Both the position numbers and the translations under genes were made by a program. DNA of 64,000 nucleotides from Tetramitus jugosus (lineage: Eukaryota; Protista; Heterolobosea), in NCBI GenBank assembly GCA_937625935.1, contig OW569376.1, forward strand, positions 1 through 64,000, in the 5' to 3' direction. Below the pieces are notes generated by a model, which searched no databases, was not told the origin of the DNA, and saw nothing but the letters and a program-made list of their open reading frames with translations. Position 1 is the stretch's first letter. Each line of letters starts with the position of its first letter. Of the stretch, positions 10,114 to 22,217 are shown piece by piece.

Positions 10114-10444
10114 GTTGATGATGTTAGCGATATATATATATCTATATCTGTCTGTGTGTCTTGGTTGGTGTGAGTTCTTTCTCTTTTTTGTGATTTTGTT
10201 GTGTCGGTTATCCCGATGTCTCACTGGAACTTCTGGTGTGCCCTTCAAATTGTGAGTTGGAATACTTTGCATCATCCGCTCCGATGTCGGAGTCAAATGT
10301 CACACACAGCGGTGCACTACAAATTTCAATTGTGTCACATTTGGGTACTACCCTTGATTTTTATTCCTTGGAGGCTTCATAACATAATATACCTCAGACT
10401 GAGTCCATTCAGTATCTTGGATGTGTAGTATTCGTCGTCCAATT

Positions 10445-11629
10445 CTAATAATCCTGCACTCCTCTCTCTTTGATGATATCAAGATGGTTGAAATAAGTGG
10501 TTTCATTTCGGAGACCCATCAGTGCCGAAACTGATGTTGTTGTTGCCACGAAATCTGAATGATATCTCTCTCTCAACGCAGCAATACTTCCCGACACTGA
10601 TGAATATCGATTGCCAACAAAGTACTTGGCCAACACACCTGTTGCCATCTCCAACACAACTCTCATGTTTCCATCCATTGGTTCATCTTTCGCAATCACT
10701 GATAACTCCCCGATAATTTCACTCACAGCAGTCCAGCCGTTGCGAGACAATAACTCTCGAGGAAGTTTCCCATTTGTCATCACAATCACATTCTCGACAT
10801 CAAACTTCTTTTGAACTTGGAGTAATAGAGCTTCCATTTCAGGCAATGGAACATAGCAATCATTGTGCAACAATCGTAAGTATTTACAATGACGGTCATA
10901 ATCTCCAAGACGAACGTGAACTACTATTGCTTGCTGCAGATTTATCTTGCGATGATCAAAAGCAGCGTTCACGAGCCGATAGACATGTTCAGAGAAATCA
11001 AAGACATTTTTGGTTCCCAAGTAAAACAGTCCTGAAGTGAAAAAGACATATGGACTACTGTTGGTCTTGTTCATACAATTCATTAATCCCTTCACTTGCT
11101 TCGCTTCAGGCACTCCCCCTCCCGAGCCACAGTAATTGATAGGTTGAGTGTAGTTCCACACAGGGTGAGACTCTGTCACCATCTCATACGGCACACCTTG
11201 ATTCACTCTGTACAGTTGTGGGAATGTAATATCGGTCCTGCAATTGAAATTCTTGATCAAGAGGTGATTGGTGGGGTCGTACTTGAATGAATGAGTGTTT
11301 GTGTGGTCATTGTGCACACATGGGTGAATCAATAGTATTCTGTTCGACAGTTTGGCAATCACTCCAGCATTGCTCATGTCCAATGCATAGTTGTTGAGTC
11401 CTCTAAGACCCAGAACGATGATGTACTGTTTTGAAGAACTGCCAGTTGCCGTGGAGCGAAATAGTTGTGTTTTGTTGATGTGGTAGGACCATGACCGCCG
11501 CAATAAACTATAGTCCATTGCTAGACCGAGCAATAGGAATCCCACTACAACAAAGAACAATAGCAACAATGAAGATCTGAATGTTCTCTTCTCACTGAAA
11601 GATGATGGTAAAAGGAATCGGCTTCTCAT
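10445..11629 (-). CDS. O-fucosyltransferase family protein (GT-B)
   Basis: N-terminal TM; GLNN, VHVRLGD and FVGNRYSSVS motifs typical of GDP-fucose O-fucosyltransferases. Confidence 0.8.
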   Translation of the reverse strand: MRSRFLLPSSFSEKRTFRSSLLLLFFVVVGFLLLGLAMDYSLLRRSWSYHINKTQLFRSTATGSSSKQYIIVLGLRGLNNYALDMSNAGVIAKLSNRILLIHPCVHNDHTNTHSFKYDPTNHLLIKNFNCRTDITFPQLYRVNQGVPYEMVTESHPVWNYTQPINYCGSGGGVPEAKQVKGLMNCMNKTNSSPYVFFTSGLFYLGTKNVFDFSEHVYRLVNAAFDHRKINLQQAIVVHVRLGDYDRHCKYLRLLHNDCYVPLPEMEALLLQVQKKFDVENVIVMTNGKLPRELLSRNGWTAVSEIIGELSVIAKDEPMDGNMRVVLEMATGVLAKYFVGNRYSSVSGSIAALRERYHSDFVATTTSVSALMGLRNETTYFNHLDIIKERGVQDY

Positions 11630-12247
11630 CTCAGTGTGCCTTTCTTTGTTTCAGAAGCTTGTTGTAGACTGGTGGTGTTTTGCTTTGGTACACACTGGAG
11701 GTCCTTTATGCAGTATGGAAGTTATGGGAAGGTGGTTGTGCAGAAATGAATCTAAGAAAGAAAAACAACTGTTAGATTAATTTAGAAAAAAAAGTGGCGT
11801 TGCTAACTTTCTATGGTATTCCCATCAACTGTCTGGAAAACTTCCTAAAAAAATTGTTACCGAAAGTCTGAAAATGTCATTGCGCAGAAACTACATGCGT
11901 TTCTTGTAAGGGCAGGAGTCTTGTTTTGGACGTCATTTGTTTCGCATCATTGCTCATTGTAGGTACACAACTTACACATAACAAACGTGCAACTCTCTCT
12001 TCCACCGTCTCACATGGGATGTGTTGAAACGTAGTTTTCCAATTCTTGTAGATTCACAGTCAGAAGCAGTCCCATGATGGTGAAACAATTGAATGACATA
12101 TATAGGTTCATGTGCAGTAAAACACACTTGGTTCGATCCCAACATGTGACTCACAGAACATGTGAGGAGATGAAGGTGGGACTTCGATTCTGTTCATCAT
12201 GCTAGGTAGGAGGCTCTTGTATGTGGCTCTAGCTTGGAGTGATGCTA

Positions 12248-15200
12248 CTATGATGTATGGTTCTTGTTGACAAAGGACAGCGTACGCAGTACTTCGGCCT
12301 TTTGGACTGGTTTCACTAAATAGTCTGTGAAACCGACGGCCATCGCTTTCTCCTCGTGCTCTTTTCGAGCATTTCCACTGACTCCAATGATGGGTATGGG
12401 AGAGCGATCTTTCCTTTGGGTTTCAATCTCTCGTATCTTTCTTGTGGCTTCTATTCCGTCCATGATTGGCATTACAACATCCATAAAAATGAAATCTAAT
12501 TGTTGCTTATCAAACATTTGAAGAGCCTCCACACCATTGTTCGCTATGAAGCACTCGTGACCTTCCTGACGCAACATTCTCACTAAAACTTTTTGATTGA
12601 TAACATTATCTTCAACAATCAAGATTTTTAGTTTTGATTTAAGTGTTTCTTGATCGATTAGTTGAGGCGTGGTCTGTGGTATTTGTTCACTAGTTACGGG
12701 AGCAGTATGTACTGGTGAATGGGATACTTGAGGTGGTTGTTGATTTTCACACATCGTGCACTTGATGGTAAAGCTAAACTTAGTAAATTGGTGCTTTTCT
12801 GATTCAACAGTGATCGCTCCACCCATTAGTTCCACAAGGTTCCTGGAAATGAACAACCCTAAACACACAAAGAGAGTATGGAGAAAATTGATCAGTTATG
12901 AGGGAATAAACGCAATAGAATATGAGAAATAATACCTACCGAGGCCCGCACCGCCATACTCTGAAGAAGATCGTTGAGTGGCTTGCTCAAATCGATTGAA
13001 GATATGTTTAGTTTCTCTCTGTGTCATACCGACGCCATTATCCATGATCGATATACGGATTACTACTTGATTCTCTTCTGTTGTATTCGCAGGAGATAGT
13101 GACACTGTAACATCAATTTCTCCTTTTTTGTCTTTAGATTGCGAGGCAAACTTGACAGCGTTACTGAACAGGTTAGTGATGACTTGAGTAATGCGACTCG
13201 AGTCTCCACATAGTGTCACATCGTTGTTGAGAAGGCTAGTGTTTAGCTTCAATTGCTTACTATTAATCTCTGAATCATACATGCGCAATGCAGATGTCAC
13301 TAATTCATTGAGGAGAAATGGTTGAATATTCAACTTCACCTGACTAGCTTCAAGTCTTGAAAGTGTCAGAACGTCATCTGTGATAATCTTTTGATGCTTG
13401 ACGCAGTTTTCAATCGAACCCAATATATCTACCATATCCTGCAATTGATTTCGCAATCCAGAGAGATCACTATCAGTCAAGTTCTCTAAACGACTTCGGA
13501 TTGTTTCAGTTGAAGAACTCAATAATTCCAGATTTCCGAATATGCCATTGAGAGGATTTCGGATCTCATGACATATTCTATCGATAAAGTCTTCTTGTTT
13601 TCTTCTGTAGCTCTCTGCTTCTTGAGCACGAGATCTCTGAATCTCTGCCACTTGAAGTTGAGCCAAAAAGAATTTAGAATTTTCGAGGGATATAGCCATT
13701 TGACTCGCTAGAATGTTAAGTACCTGTACTCGTTGCTCAGAGAAAGCATCTGTAGTCAGATTGTTTTCAACATAGATGATAGCTTTCAGTTCGTTTTGTT
13801 GAGTCACAGGCAGACAAAGTATCGACTTACAATGATGTACTGCAATGTAATCGTCTGATTCATACTGACTACATACAGCATTTTTCAGTACAACTGTTTC
13901 CTTGGTATCACCCACGTAGCTAACTATTGCTCGACAACCATTGTTCCATGCGCCGATCGGAATAGAGCACTGAGTGCGAATGTTTGCACTGTCGAACAAT
14001 AATCCAGAAGGTAGGTACTCTGCTTCAACACAATCATCTATAATAACTGCTCCCATTTGAGCGCCCGATGTTTCAATTGTAATTTTCATGATATTAAACA
14101 ACAACTGTCCCATATCTATGGTACTGGAGATGATGTGAGATGATATGATTACGTTTTCCAAATCAAGAGAATAATCCACAGGTTCAAATAATTGCTCAGA
14201 ATCTCTTCTACCTCTAGAGGTATCACTAGTCAAAGTTCTTTCACTCTGTGAAAGCGCAGAATTCGAGTCCATGACATCAGGATATTGAGATGCTATTGAA
14301 TCAGCTTTTCTAGTTGCTCCCCAATTAAGATAAGCCTTGTATGCTTTCGCTAGATATACTTTCCCGATGTGTTCCTTCTTCAAGCTGAGCCAGAAGTGGA
14401 AACTCAGTTCATTTGCTAGTGCATACTCGTGAAGAAAACCATTGTCGAGTGCTATTTGGATAGCTTGATCATATTTATCACAGATGTCATAGGGATCAAC
14501 CTCTCCAGAAACTCGATCTCGTTCTGCTACCAATAACCAATACTTGTGAACAACATTTGGTGAATCTAAACTCCAGGTGTGAATATGATCAATAGTATTA
14601 TTCAATTTGTCGAGTAACTCTTGAAATTTCTGAGGACGTTTTGTACGATCTAGCTTTCGAAGTGTTCCTACAGTCACCAAGGAATCAACAAAATAATACT
14701 GAACTCTATAAATCTGAGCTGGGCTATAAATCAAGCATTCTTCTGCCTCTTGTAAATATGGAAGAGCTTCCTCGTACTGATTGGGATCACATAGAAACAA
14801 TACCATGGCTTTGTTCACTGACCACAGGAATAATGTGGAGAAATTTTCTCTCTCTTTCATCTCATTCATATATTTGATCTCTTGTTCTCGGAGTTCCATA
14901 TTTTCATATCTCTTTCCAAGCAAGTACAGAAAAATGAACTGAAAACACATTGCAACGTCAGTAAGGAGCTGATGTTTGATATTCTTTCCAAAGGCTAAAC
15001 ATCGATGCAATTCAGGAATGATCGTATCAATCTTTTCTCCTCTGAGAAACATACTTGTGAGAATATGAATTTTCAGATAACCAGCAAACACCAGATCTCC
15101 AGCCTCTAATCCAGCTTTGAATCCCTCCCAGCATAATATTTCACCCTGAATAATGGGATGAAACCAATCGTTGATTAATGAGGCATATATTATTATTACT

Positions 15201-18200
15201 CTGCATTTGTTGACTCTATTTTCGGGCGTTTCTTTCTTTGAGAGCTCCAAGGATAAAAGGCCAAATTCTTTTGCTAATAGCTTTTTGCTTCTGTTTTCGC
15301 TCATTGATAAAGTGCTTGCAAACCAGGTGAAGAAACGAGGTGACGCTTCCGTTGTTCCATGTTTTAGAGATATGTTGGTCGCTAGAGCTCCAATAGTTTT
15401 GTACAGACAAGGATCTGCCAGATAACAGGGCACAATTGCAACTGACAATACTTTGGACAAAGAGCAGATGCGCTTATCTGTCGCAACGACTAAGTGCTCT
15501 AAAAGTAAACTAACAAATCCTTCTCGTTCATACTTTTCATGATTCGTCTGCTTTTGTCGTTCAATATATTGCTCAATCTCTTGCGCTTGGCGAATATATT
15601 CTGCTTCAGGATCAGCTAAAACCACTCCAAACTCTTTTAGTGCCAATTTCGATAGCTTTATGGCTTTTTTCACGTCATGGGATAGTGTTTTCTGAATAAT
15701 TCGTTGTGTATAGACGTCCACTCTCTCACAAGGTGATACAGCTCGTTGAAGAAGTGAGTTGGCTATCTTATCAGAGTGTCTCAGATCCCCTAGAAGATAC
15801 AGGACCTCAGAATATTCTAGAAAGAGTGAAAAGGCTATTTCATGGTGTTGAGTCCATAAATAATCAATGTCTGAACTGATATGATGGAAGCAATCAATCC
15901 CGCTAACATAGTAGTTGAGTGCTGATGTATACGCAATCGAATTATTCGCCTTTCTTCCCGCTATTTGATTATACCTGACGAGGTCAATGAGATGCGATGT
16001 CCTTTGTTGTGTGTCTTCCATATCGAACAATATTTGCCTCCCTTTGTTCATGTGATCGACAATCACGAACAAATATTCAGTATTATCATTCAGCTCTTCG
16101 TCTCCTTTCAATTTTCTGCCGATTTCTAGGCTAAAGTTTCTCCTTTCTTCATCAGTCAGCTCATAATTGATGGCTTCCAGTACCTTATCATGCCTAAAAT
16201 GAAAATAATCATCCATGATAAAAGCTAAGCCCAAAGAAAATACTGCGCGTAAATCCTCTATGATTTGATTTTCCGATCTCTCAGTTACCTTTCTTAGCAA
16301 AGTGAAGGGGAAGGAGCTGCCTAAACAACAAGCAATGTTTAACATTTGTCTAGCACTACCTGTCAATCGATTAATCTTACAAAGCACGAGTGACACGATA
16401 TCCAATTTTCTATCACAATTCTCCAACAATGTATTGAGATCATATTCCCAGGTATTGTTATTCCTAAAGATAAAATGTTGATCGTACAGAGTTTGTAATA
16501 CGATTTTTACAAAATAGGGATTCCCGTCTGTGCGATCATATATTAATCTAGCCAATTGAGCAGCGCTCTCTCCCTCTGAACTCAACGTCTCTTGAATCCA
16601 CTCAACAATATAGTCATATTTCAATGGGTGCAGTTCAATTTTCTGTATTGATACACCGAGATCGTCCATTTTTTCAAAGAATATCATTGCAGGATGACTG
16701 GAAGTGAGTCCCTTGTCTCGGTATGCACCCACAAACATTAGGTTCTTAATTTCAGGGTCGCGAAACAATGTTTCAATCAAACGTATACTTGCAACATCAA
16801 CCCATTGTAAATCATCCAAAAATAAGATTAGTGTTCGCTTCTCGAGAAACACCTTCACAAAGTTGCAAAACAACATCTCATATCGATTTCTTGTTTCCAG
16901 TGGTCCAACCATAGGAATCGGTGGCTGAGGCCCTATCAAATTCTCTAAATCAGGAATGAGATCAATCATTAGCTGACCATTCGAACCTAGAGCACTGAGA
17001 ATGCTACATTTCCACATGTTTAATATGTCTTGAGGTTCAGACAATATCATTCGAACTAACATACGAAAAGCCTCAGTAATTCCAGAATAGGCTATATTGT
17101 TACTCATTTGATCGTACTTGCCCCACATGAAATATTCGTTGCTCGTGTTGATTGAACTCTGAAACTCATTAATGAGAAAAGTCTTGCCTAACCCGCTTTT
17201 TCCTCTGACTGTAACAATCTCCGTACCTCCTTTCCTTACTTTGTCAAATGTTTTTGCCAATAAATCAAGTTCTTCTTCTCGATCGTACAGTCTCAATGGT
17301 ATGATGAACCGCTCAGGATAATCATGTGCAGCAATCAGAAAGTTTGCAATGGACCCTGTTTCATTGAGTTGGTTCTGGCATTGTTGCAAGTCTTCTAGTA
17401 TCCCTACAGAAGATTGATACCGATCCTCTGGCTTTTTACTGACCAACTTCATGATTATGTTGGACAATGTGATCGGTATGACACTTCGCAGCAAGTGTGG
17501 CGCTACAGGCACTTCTGTCAGTTGACTTTGAATCAATTCTCGAGTGTTGAGACCGGCAAAAGGAGTCTTTCCACACAATAATTCATACATGATCATCCCT
17601 AGTGCATAAAAGTCTGCTCTATAATCTGTTAAGCGACAATTCATTTTCCCAGTCTACTCCCCCGGTCAAATAATCGATTCAAATGAAAATAGACGTAATG
17701 ATTAAAATTCGTTTCATTTTCTGAAAAAACAAGTACATCTATTGAATAACTTACCTGTTCAGGTGCCATGTAGGATAAATAGGAGATGCTTCTACTACAT
17801 CCCTCGCAACGCGTATAAAATAAACAACCATTGTCCAGAGAAGCATATGAAAAGTCAATCAGTTTGATCTCGAACAAATGGGAGGTAGAAGAATCACCAC
17901 CAGGCACAACAACCGATATATTAGATGGCATCAATTGCTTGTAAAACACATTCTTTTGGTGAATTCCTTTCAGAGCTTTGACCAATTGTATAGAAATGTT
18001 CAAGAAGCAATCAAGTTGTCTGAGTGCAGTCGCCTGATGAGAAATGATATGATCCATGGAATCCGTGGGATTAAAATCGTCCATGACAATACACTCCACC
18101 CTTGTGCTTGCATTGTGCTTTGGGTTGTCAGTAGTAGTGCGATTGTGTCGTTCATCTCCTCAATCCAAACTCGTAACGCACGAGCAACATTGGGAGAGTC

Positions 18201-18731
18201 GCTCAAGTTTTCAACATTGAACTTTTGCACGTGTCGTGACATCTCCTCAACAGTCAACAACTTCAACGTCAAAAACTTTGTATAGTGAGCAATGTATGGC
18301 TGTATGAGAGATGAAGGAGAAGAATCGTCCAAGTGCCTTCCAATCTCATAGTCATGCAACAGAGAATTCACATGTGCATACTCACAGTGCACAGAGCTAC
18401 AATCAATAGACTCACATTTATTGTTTGGAGCGCTCCAAACAATTGTGTTGTTCTTTTGAGCTTGTGTTGTGAATTTGAGCAATAAACTCCGACCACGCTG
18501 CTGCTGTTCTTGCTGTGATGCTGGCGGTGGAAGAAGCGTGGCGCGATAGATTACAAAATGATTGGATTGGTGCACAAGATTAGAGAGTTCAAAGTGGCTC
18601 CACTGGTGAGTGGAGTCAGTCTCGTTGAACATTGCGACAACACATCTTGAATCGTTTGTTTTCGTGCTTGTAAGTGATGTTGTTGTTTGGTGGACGGTCG
18701 ACAAGTTGCTGTCAGAAGGGAAACGGTACAT
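12248..18731 (-). CDS. Hybrid histidine kinase: Ser/Thr kinase-like + AAA ATPase + helical region + GAF + HisKA + HATPase + REC (~2,100 aa)
   Basis: Introns 17654-17754 (restores YMAPEQ|TGKMN) and 12859-12939 (restores GGAGLG|LFISRNLVELMGG); Walker A GKSGLGKT, Walker B FLDDLQW, CHEIRNPLNGI, REC FMDVVMP. One unexplained frame change near 18100-18160. Confidence 0.9.
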
Positions 18732-18908
18732 GGTTCTTCACCTGGTAATTGCTGTGTCTTTTCGACCCTCTGCAGATCTATTCGCTCCGACCCAAATCAG
18801 GTTGAAAAGGTCTTGGGTTACAATCATTTTTTTTTAGATTTCAATCTCCGAATGGTTCCAAAAATAAAACGATAACAAGAATTCAACACCAATCAAACAC
18901 ACAAAACA

Positions 18909-19847
18909 ATGACAAGCATCAAACGATCGTTCACTTTTATCCAGGATCCCAACACCACCATCTCCTACACCTTCTCCAACTCGACACTACTGTGCAGTAT
19001 ACCCAGTGTGGGCAACGTGGGTCAATTAGCAGCTGATTTTTTGATTGCCAACATTGAGAACACACATCGCATCGGTTATATTCAATGTCCATTTATTCTT
19101 CCAGTGGTAGGTAATGATCCATTCAGCACTACTACTACTACTACTACTGCAACTACTCATAATAAGAATAAAAATGATGATCATGTTGCAAGTGGAGAGA
19201 TGCACTTGTCTGCTGAAGTGTACTATATGAGTGATTTTAAGACTACGTTGATTCATATACGATCACCCATTATGCAACATTCAGTGTTTGCCAAATGGTT
19301 TGCTTCATGGGTCAAAGAACAAGGATTCTCCAAGTGGTTGATACTCGCATCGGCCAATGCATCATGGAGAATGGACTCGTTGCTGTCGGAGGTTTATCAA
19401 CAACAAACACAGCAACAACAGAATATTAGCATTCGATGCAAGGCAACACAATTTTTGCCTCCACAAGAGGAAAATGTGTGGAATAAGAGTCACTTGATGC
19501 AAGTGGTGCCTCCCATGGGGCATTACATGTCTTCTATTGATGAACCAGTGTCACCGTTGACCAAATCTACTGTTGGAGTGGTCCACTCTGAAGAAGAAGA
19601 AAAGTTTTTAACTGGATTGAGAAAGGAGTTGATTGAACAGGCTCAGGAACAAGGTATTCATGCCTGTATTGTACTCGTATTGTGCAATGAGGGAGACAAT
19701 TTACCTCACGGTATCTTTTTGGCTCAAGTCGTTGCTTTGAATGTTCTGTTTGATGGAAATGCACAAAAGGAGAGAGAAGTGCAGTGGAAATTGCCTAGCA
19801 GTTGGAAATTTTTGTATGGTCCTCCACCTGCTTCCTCCCTCTACTAA
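18909..19847 (+). CDS. PSMG2: Proteasome assembly chaperone 2 (PAC2 family)
   Basis: PSVGNVGQLAADFLI, PVVGND, CNEGDN and C-terminal WKLPSSWKFLYG motifs. Confidence 0.9.
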   Translation: MTSIKRSFTFIQDPNTTISYTFSNSTLLCSIPSVGNVGQLAADFLIANIENTHRIGYIQCPFILPVVGNDPFSTTTTTTTATTHNKNKNDDHVASGEMHLSAEVYYMSDFKTTLIHIRSPIMQHSVFAKWFASWVKEQGFSKWLILASANASWRMDSLLSEVYQQQTQQQQNISIRCKATQFLPPQEENVWNKSHLMQVVPPMGHYMSSIDEPVSPLTKSTVGVVHSEEEEKFLTGLRKELIEQAQEQGIHACIVLVLCNEGDNLPHGIFLAQVVALNVLFDGNAQKEREVQWKLPSSWKFLYGPPPASSLY

Positions 19848-19980
19848 TCATAAATGTATTACCTTACTGCAATCTATCAAAATGAATCTGAGCGCTGAAA
19901 ATGTTTCAATCCACTCGAGTTATTGTCGAAGGAGGAAGAAAAAAACAGACACCGGGGATACAATTAATATTTTATCATTT

Positions 19981-21234
19981 TTATTTATGCTTATATTGAA
20001 CGTTTTCACTTGTCATCTTCTCTTCCTTCCTGTTCTGCTCTCTGAACGCCAACACTGATTCATAGGCACATCGTTTCAGGGCAGTGTCATCCGCGTTTAA
20101 GGCGTCCTCGAAATGAAAGTCGAAAATCTCTGAACAAGTCTTGACATCAGCCTCATCAAACAAATCCTTAAAGTAAGGATGTCTCAGAGCATCTCCCGTC
20201 GTAATTCTCTTCTCGTGATTGAACTCGAGCATTCGCTTCAACAGATCAATTCCCTCTGCGTTCACTTGCGGAAACATGTTTGAAAAGTTTTGAGGCCTCC
20301 TGTATGGATATTCTCGTACAAAGTTAACTCCTTCATCACTTCCCTTAATATCCTCCTCCAGAGGTGTACCTAGAATGTCAAGAATCTTGTGCATTTGATC
20401 AATGGGAGAGTTTCCTCTGAATAGAACCTTCTTGCCAAAGAGTTCACCCATGATACATCCAACACTCCACATATCTGTTTGTTTACTGACCTTTGTATTG
20501 TTCAAGAGTAGTTCTGGAGAGCGATACCATCGAGTCTGCACATAGGCCGTGCTCATGGTAGGATTAATCTCAAAGTCAACTCCGCGCGCCAATCCAAAAT
20601 CACAAATCTTGAGCTCACAATTCGCGTTGAGCAAAATGTTTTCTGGTTTGAGGTCTCTGTGTATGATGTTTGCTGATTGCCAATAATGAACAGCCAACAA
20701 TATTTGATACATAAAGTATTGAATGTGTTGATCGCTTAGTTCCTGCTGACTCTCCAGTATATCTCTCATGTCAGCCTCCATCAAATCCGTTACAAAGTAC
20801 ACATCACCAAACGCTTCATAGCTCGGTGGTTCCAACACGTCGTACAAGCTAATAATGTTGGGGTGATATCTCAAGTGAGACAAAATTTTCAACTCTCGAA
20901 GAATTCTTTTTTGAGAGAGCTTGGAACGGTGTTGGAGCTTTTGGGAGGACGACGAGAAGCCTCTTGGGGCTGGTGGAGCAATTGTTCTTGGGAATACATT
21001 CTTGTTCTTTTTGATGGCGACTTGTCGGTTGGTTTTCCTGTCTTTGGCACTTACGACAACACCATAGCTGCCATTGCCTCTCATTTCGAGAACTTTGAAC
21101 CGGACTGGCACTTCGAACACTTCTTTTTCAACTTGGACACAAGAGAGCTTTTCCCATTCGTCATCAGGTTTGTGTGATCGTTTGGCTCGCTTGGGCAGCA
21201 ATGTATTGAGAGCACTAGTGAAATTCGCGAACAT
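19981..21234 (-). CDS. Mitogen-activated protein kinase (CMGC)
   Basis: GxGSYG, VAIKK, LRELKIL, HRDLKPEN, CDFGLAR, TxYVxTRWYRSPE; activation loop reads T-A-Y. Confidence 0.95.
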   Translation of the reverse strand: MFANFTSALNTLLPKRAKRSHKPDDEWEKLSCVQVEKEVFEVPVRFKVLEMRGNGSYGVVVSAKDRKTNRQVAIKKNKNVFPRTIAPPAPRGFSSSSQKLQHRSKLSQKRILRELKILSHLRYHPNIISLYDVLEPPSYEAFGDVYFVTDLMEADMRDILESQQELSDQHIQYFMYQILLAVHYWQSANIIHRDLKPENILLNANCELKICDFGLARGVDFEINPTMSTAYVQTRWYRSPELLLNNTKVSKQTDMWSVGCIMGELFGKKVLFRGNSPIDQMHKILDILGTPLEEDIKGSDEGVNFVREYPYRRPQNFSNMFPQVNAEGIDLLKRMLEFNHEKRITTGDALRHPYFKDLFDEADVKTCSEIFDFHFEDALNADDTALKRCAYESVLAFREQNRKEEKMTSENVQYKHK

Positions 21235-22217
21235 GTTTTAAACTGATTCTGGATTGTTAGTTTTTGTTGGGGTAGAATATCAAATCTGTTTATATGGATT
21301 GTTGTTGCTTCTGTTGTTATGTGATGAAATTTGGTCAACCGTGCTGTGTGAAATTAGGTTTTTTTTGATCGGACAACGGGGAGTATTGTACGGAAATAGA
21401 TAGAGAGGTTGGATAGTTCTCAAATGAAACAATGGATATGAAGAAACAACTTCTTTAATTAAGAATTGTGTGGTGGGTGTGGTTGCTCTGTGAGTGTCCT
21501 TTGAGAGAGAGGTGGTATTATTGATTTTGTTTTTCGTTCTGAGCGAATCCCAGTCTTGTATTTGTGCAGCGAGACCAGTGAAATATCGACCACATATTTT
21601 TGACATTGAACACTGCTGGGCTGTCTCTTACGACCCAACAAGTATTTTTATCAAAGCGCTACGGGCGCGCTCATTCAAGCCACCCTGCACCATGAACATG
21701 AGGTAAGCAAAGTGATTCTGTTGACCATTCTCATTCAGAGTGTCAAGCAGAACGGAAGAGCAAATCAAAAGGGAGGAAACAAAATGGGTTATGATCGGGT
21801 TCCGTGTGCATAAAAGAAGAAAAGAAACCCCGTGGAGTTGCATTCGCTGATTCAGCAGGAAGATTCCTGCGGATATTCCTCAAGTGGATCACCATGTCAT
21901 ATCAGTCAACGGTTGAAAGCCACATCTCAAAGTTTATCGTAGCAGGAGAATTTATTGATTGGTATATCAATCCTTCTTGTGTAGGTATTGACGATTCACC
22001 AAAACAATAGAAAAGGACGAAATAAGGTATTCAACCGACTAACGATAACGACATTATCAGAAAACGAGTTGCCATAGCAAAAAGAAAAGTGGAAGTTTTT
22101 CGCAACATAATCAATCCTCAATCCTCGGCTTTGAACCATTCGGAGCGTTTAACCATTAGCCCACTCACTCACCAACAAGAAAAAGTTGAACTAAAAGAAC
22201 AACAACAATTGGTTGAA

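Noticed and set aside
10114-10296. N-terminal extension of the SPFH ORF, and similar extensions on GATA, GPI8, Eco1, NBR1-like and APD-like ORFs
   Set aside because: They mostly start at TTG/GTG and run through A-rich UTR-like sequence; the downstream ATGs are more plausible.
11940-12240. Possible box C/D snoRNA or small ORF downstream of the hybrid kinase
   Set aside because: ATGATGA and CTGA are present on the - strand, but there is no terminal stem or recognisable rRNA guide.
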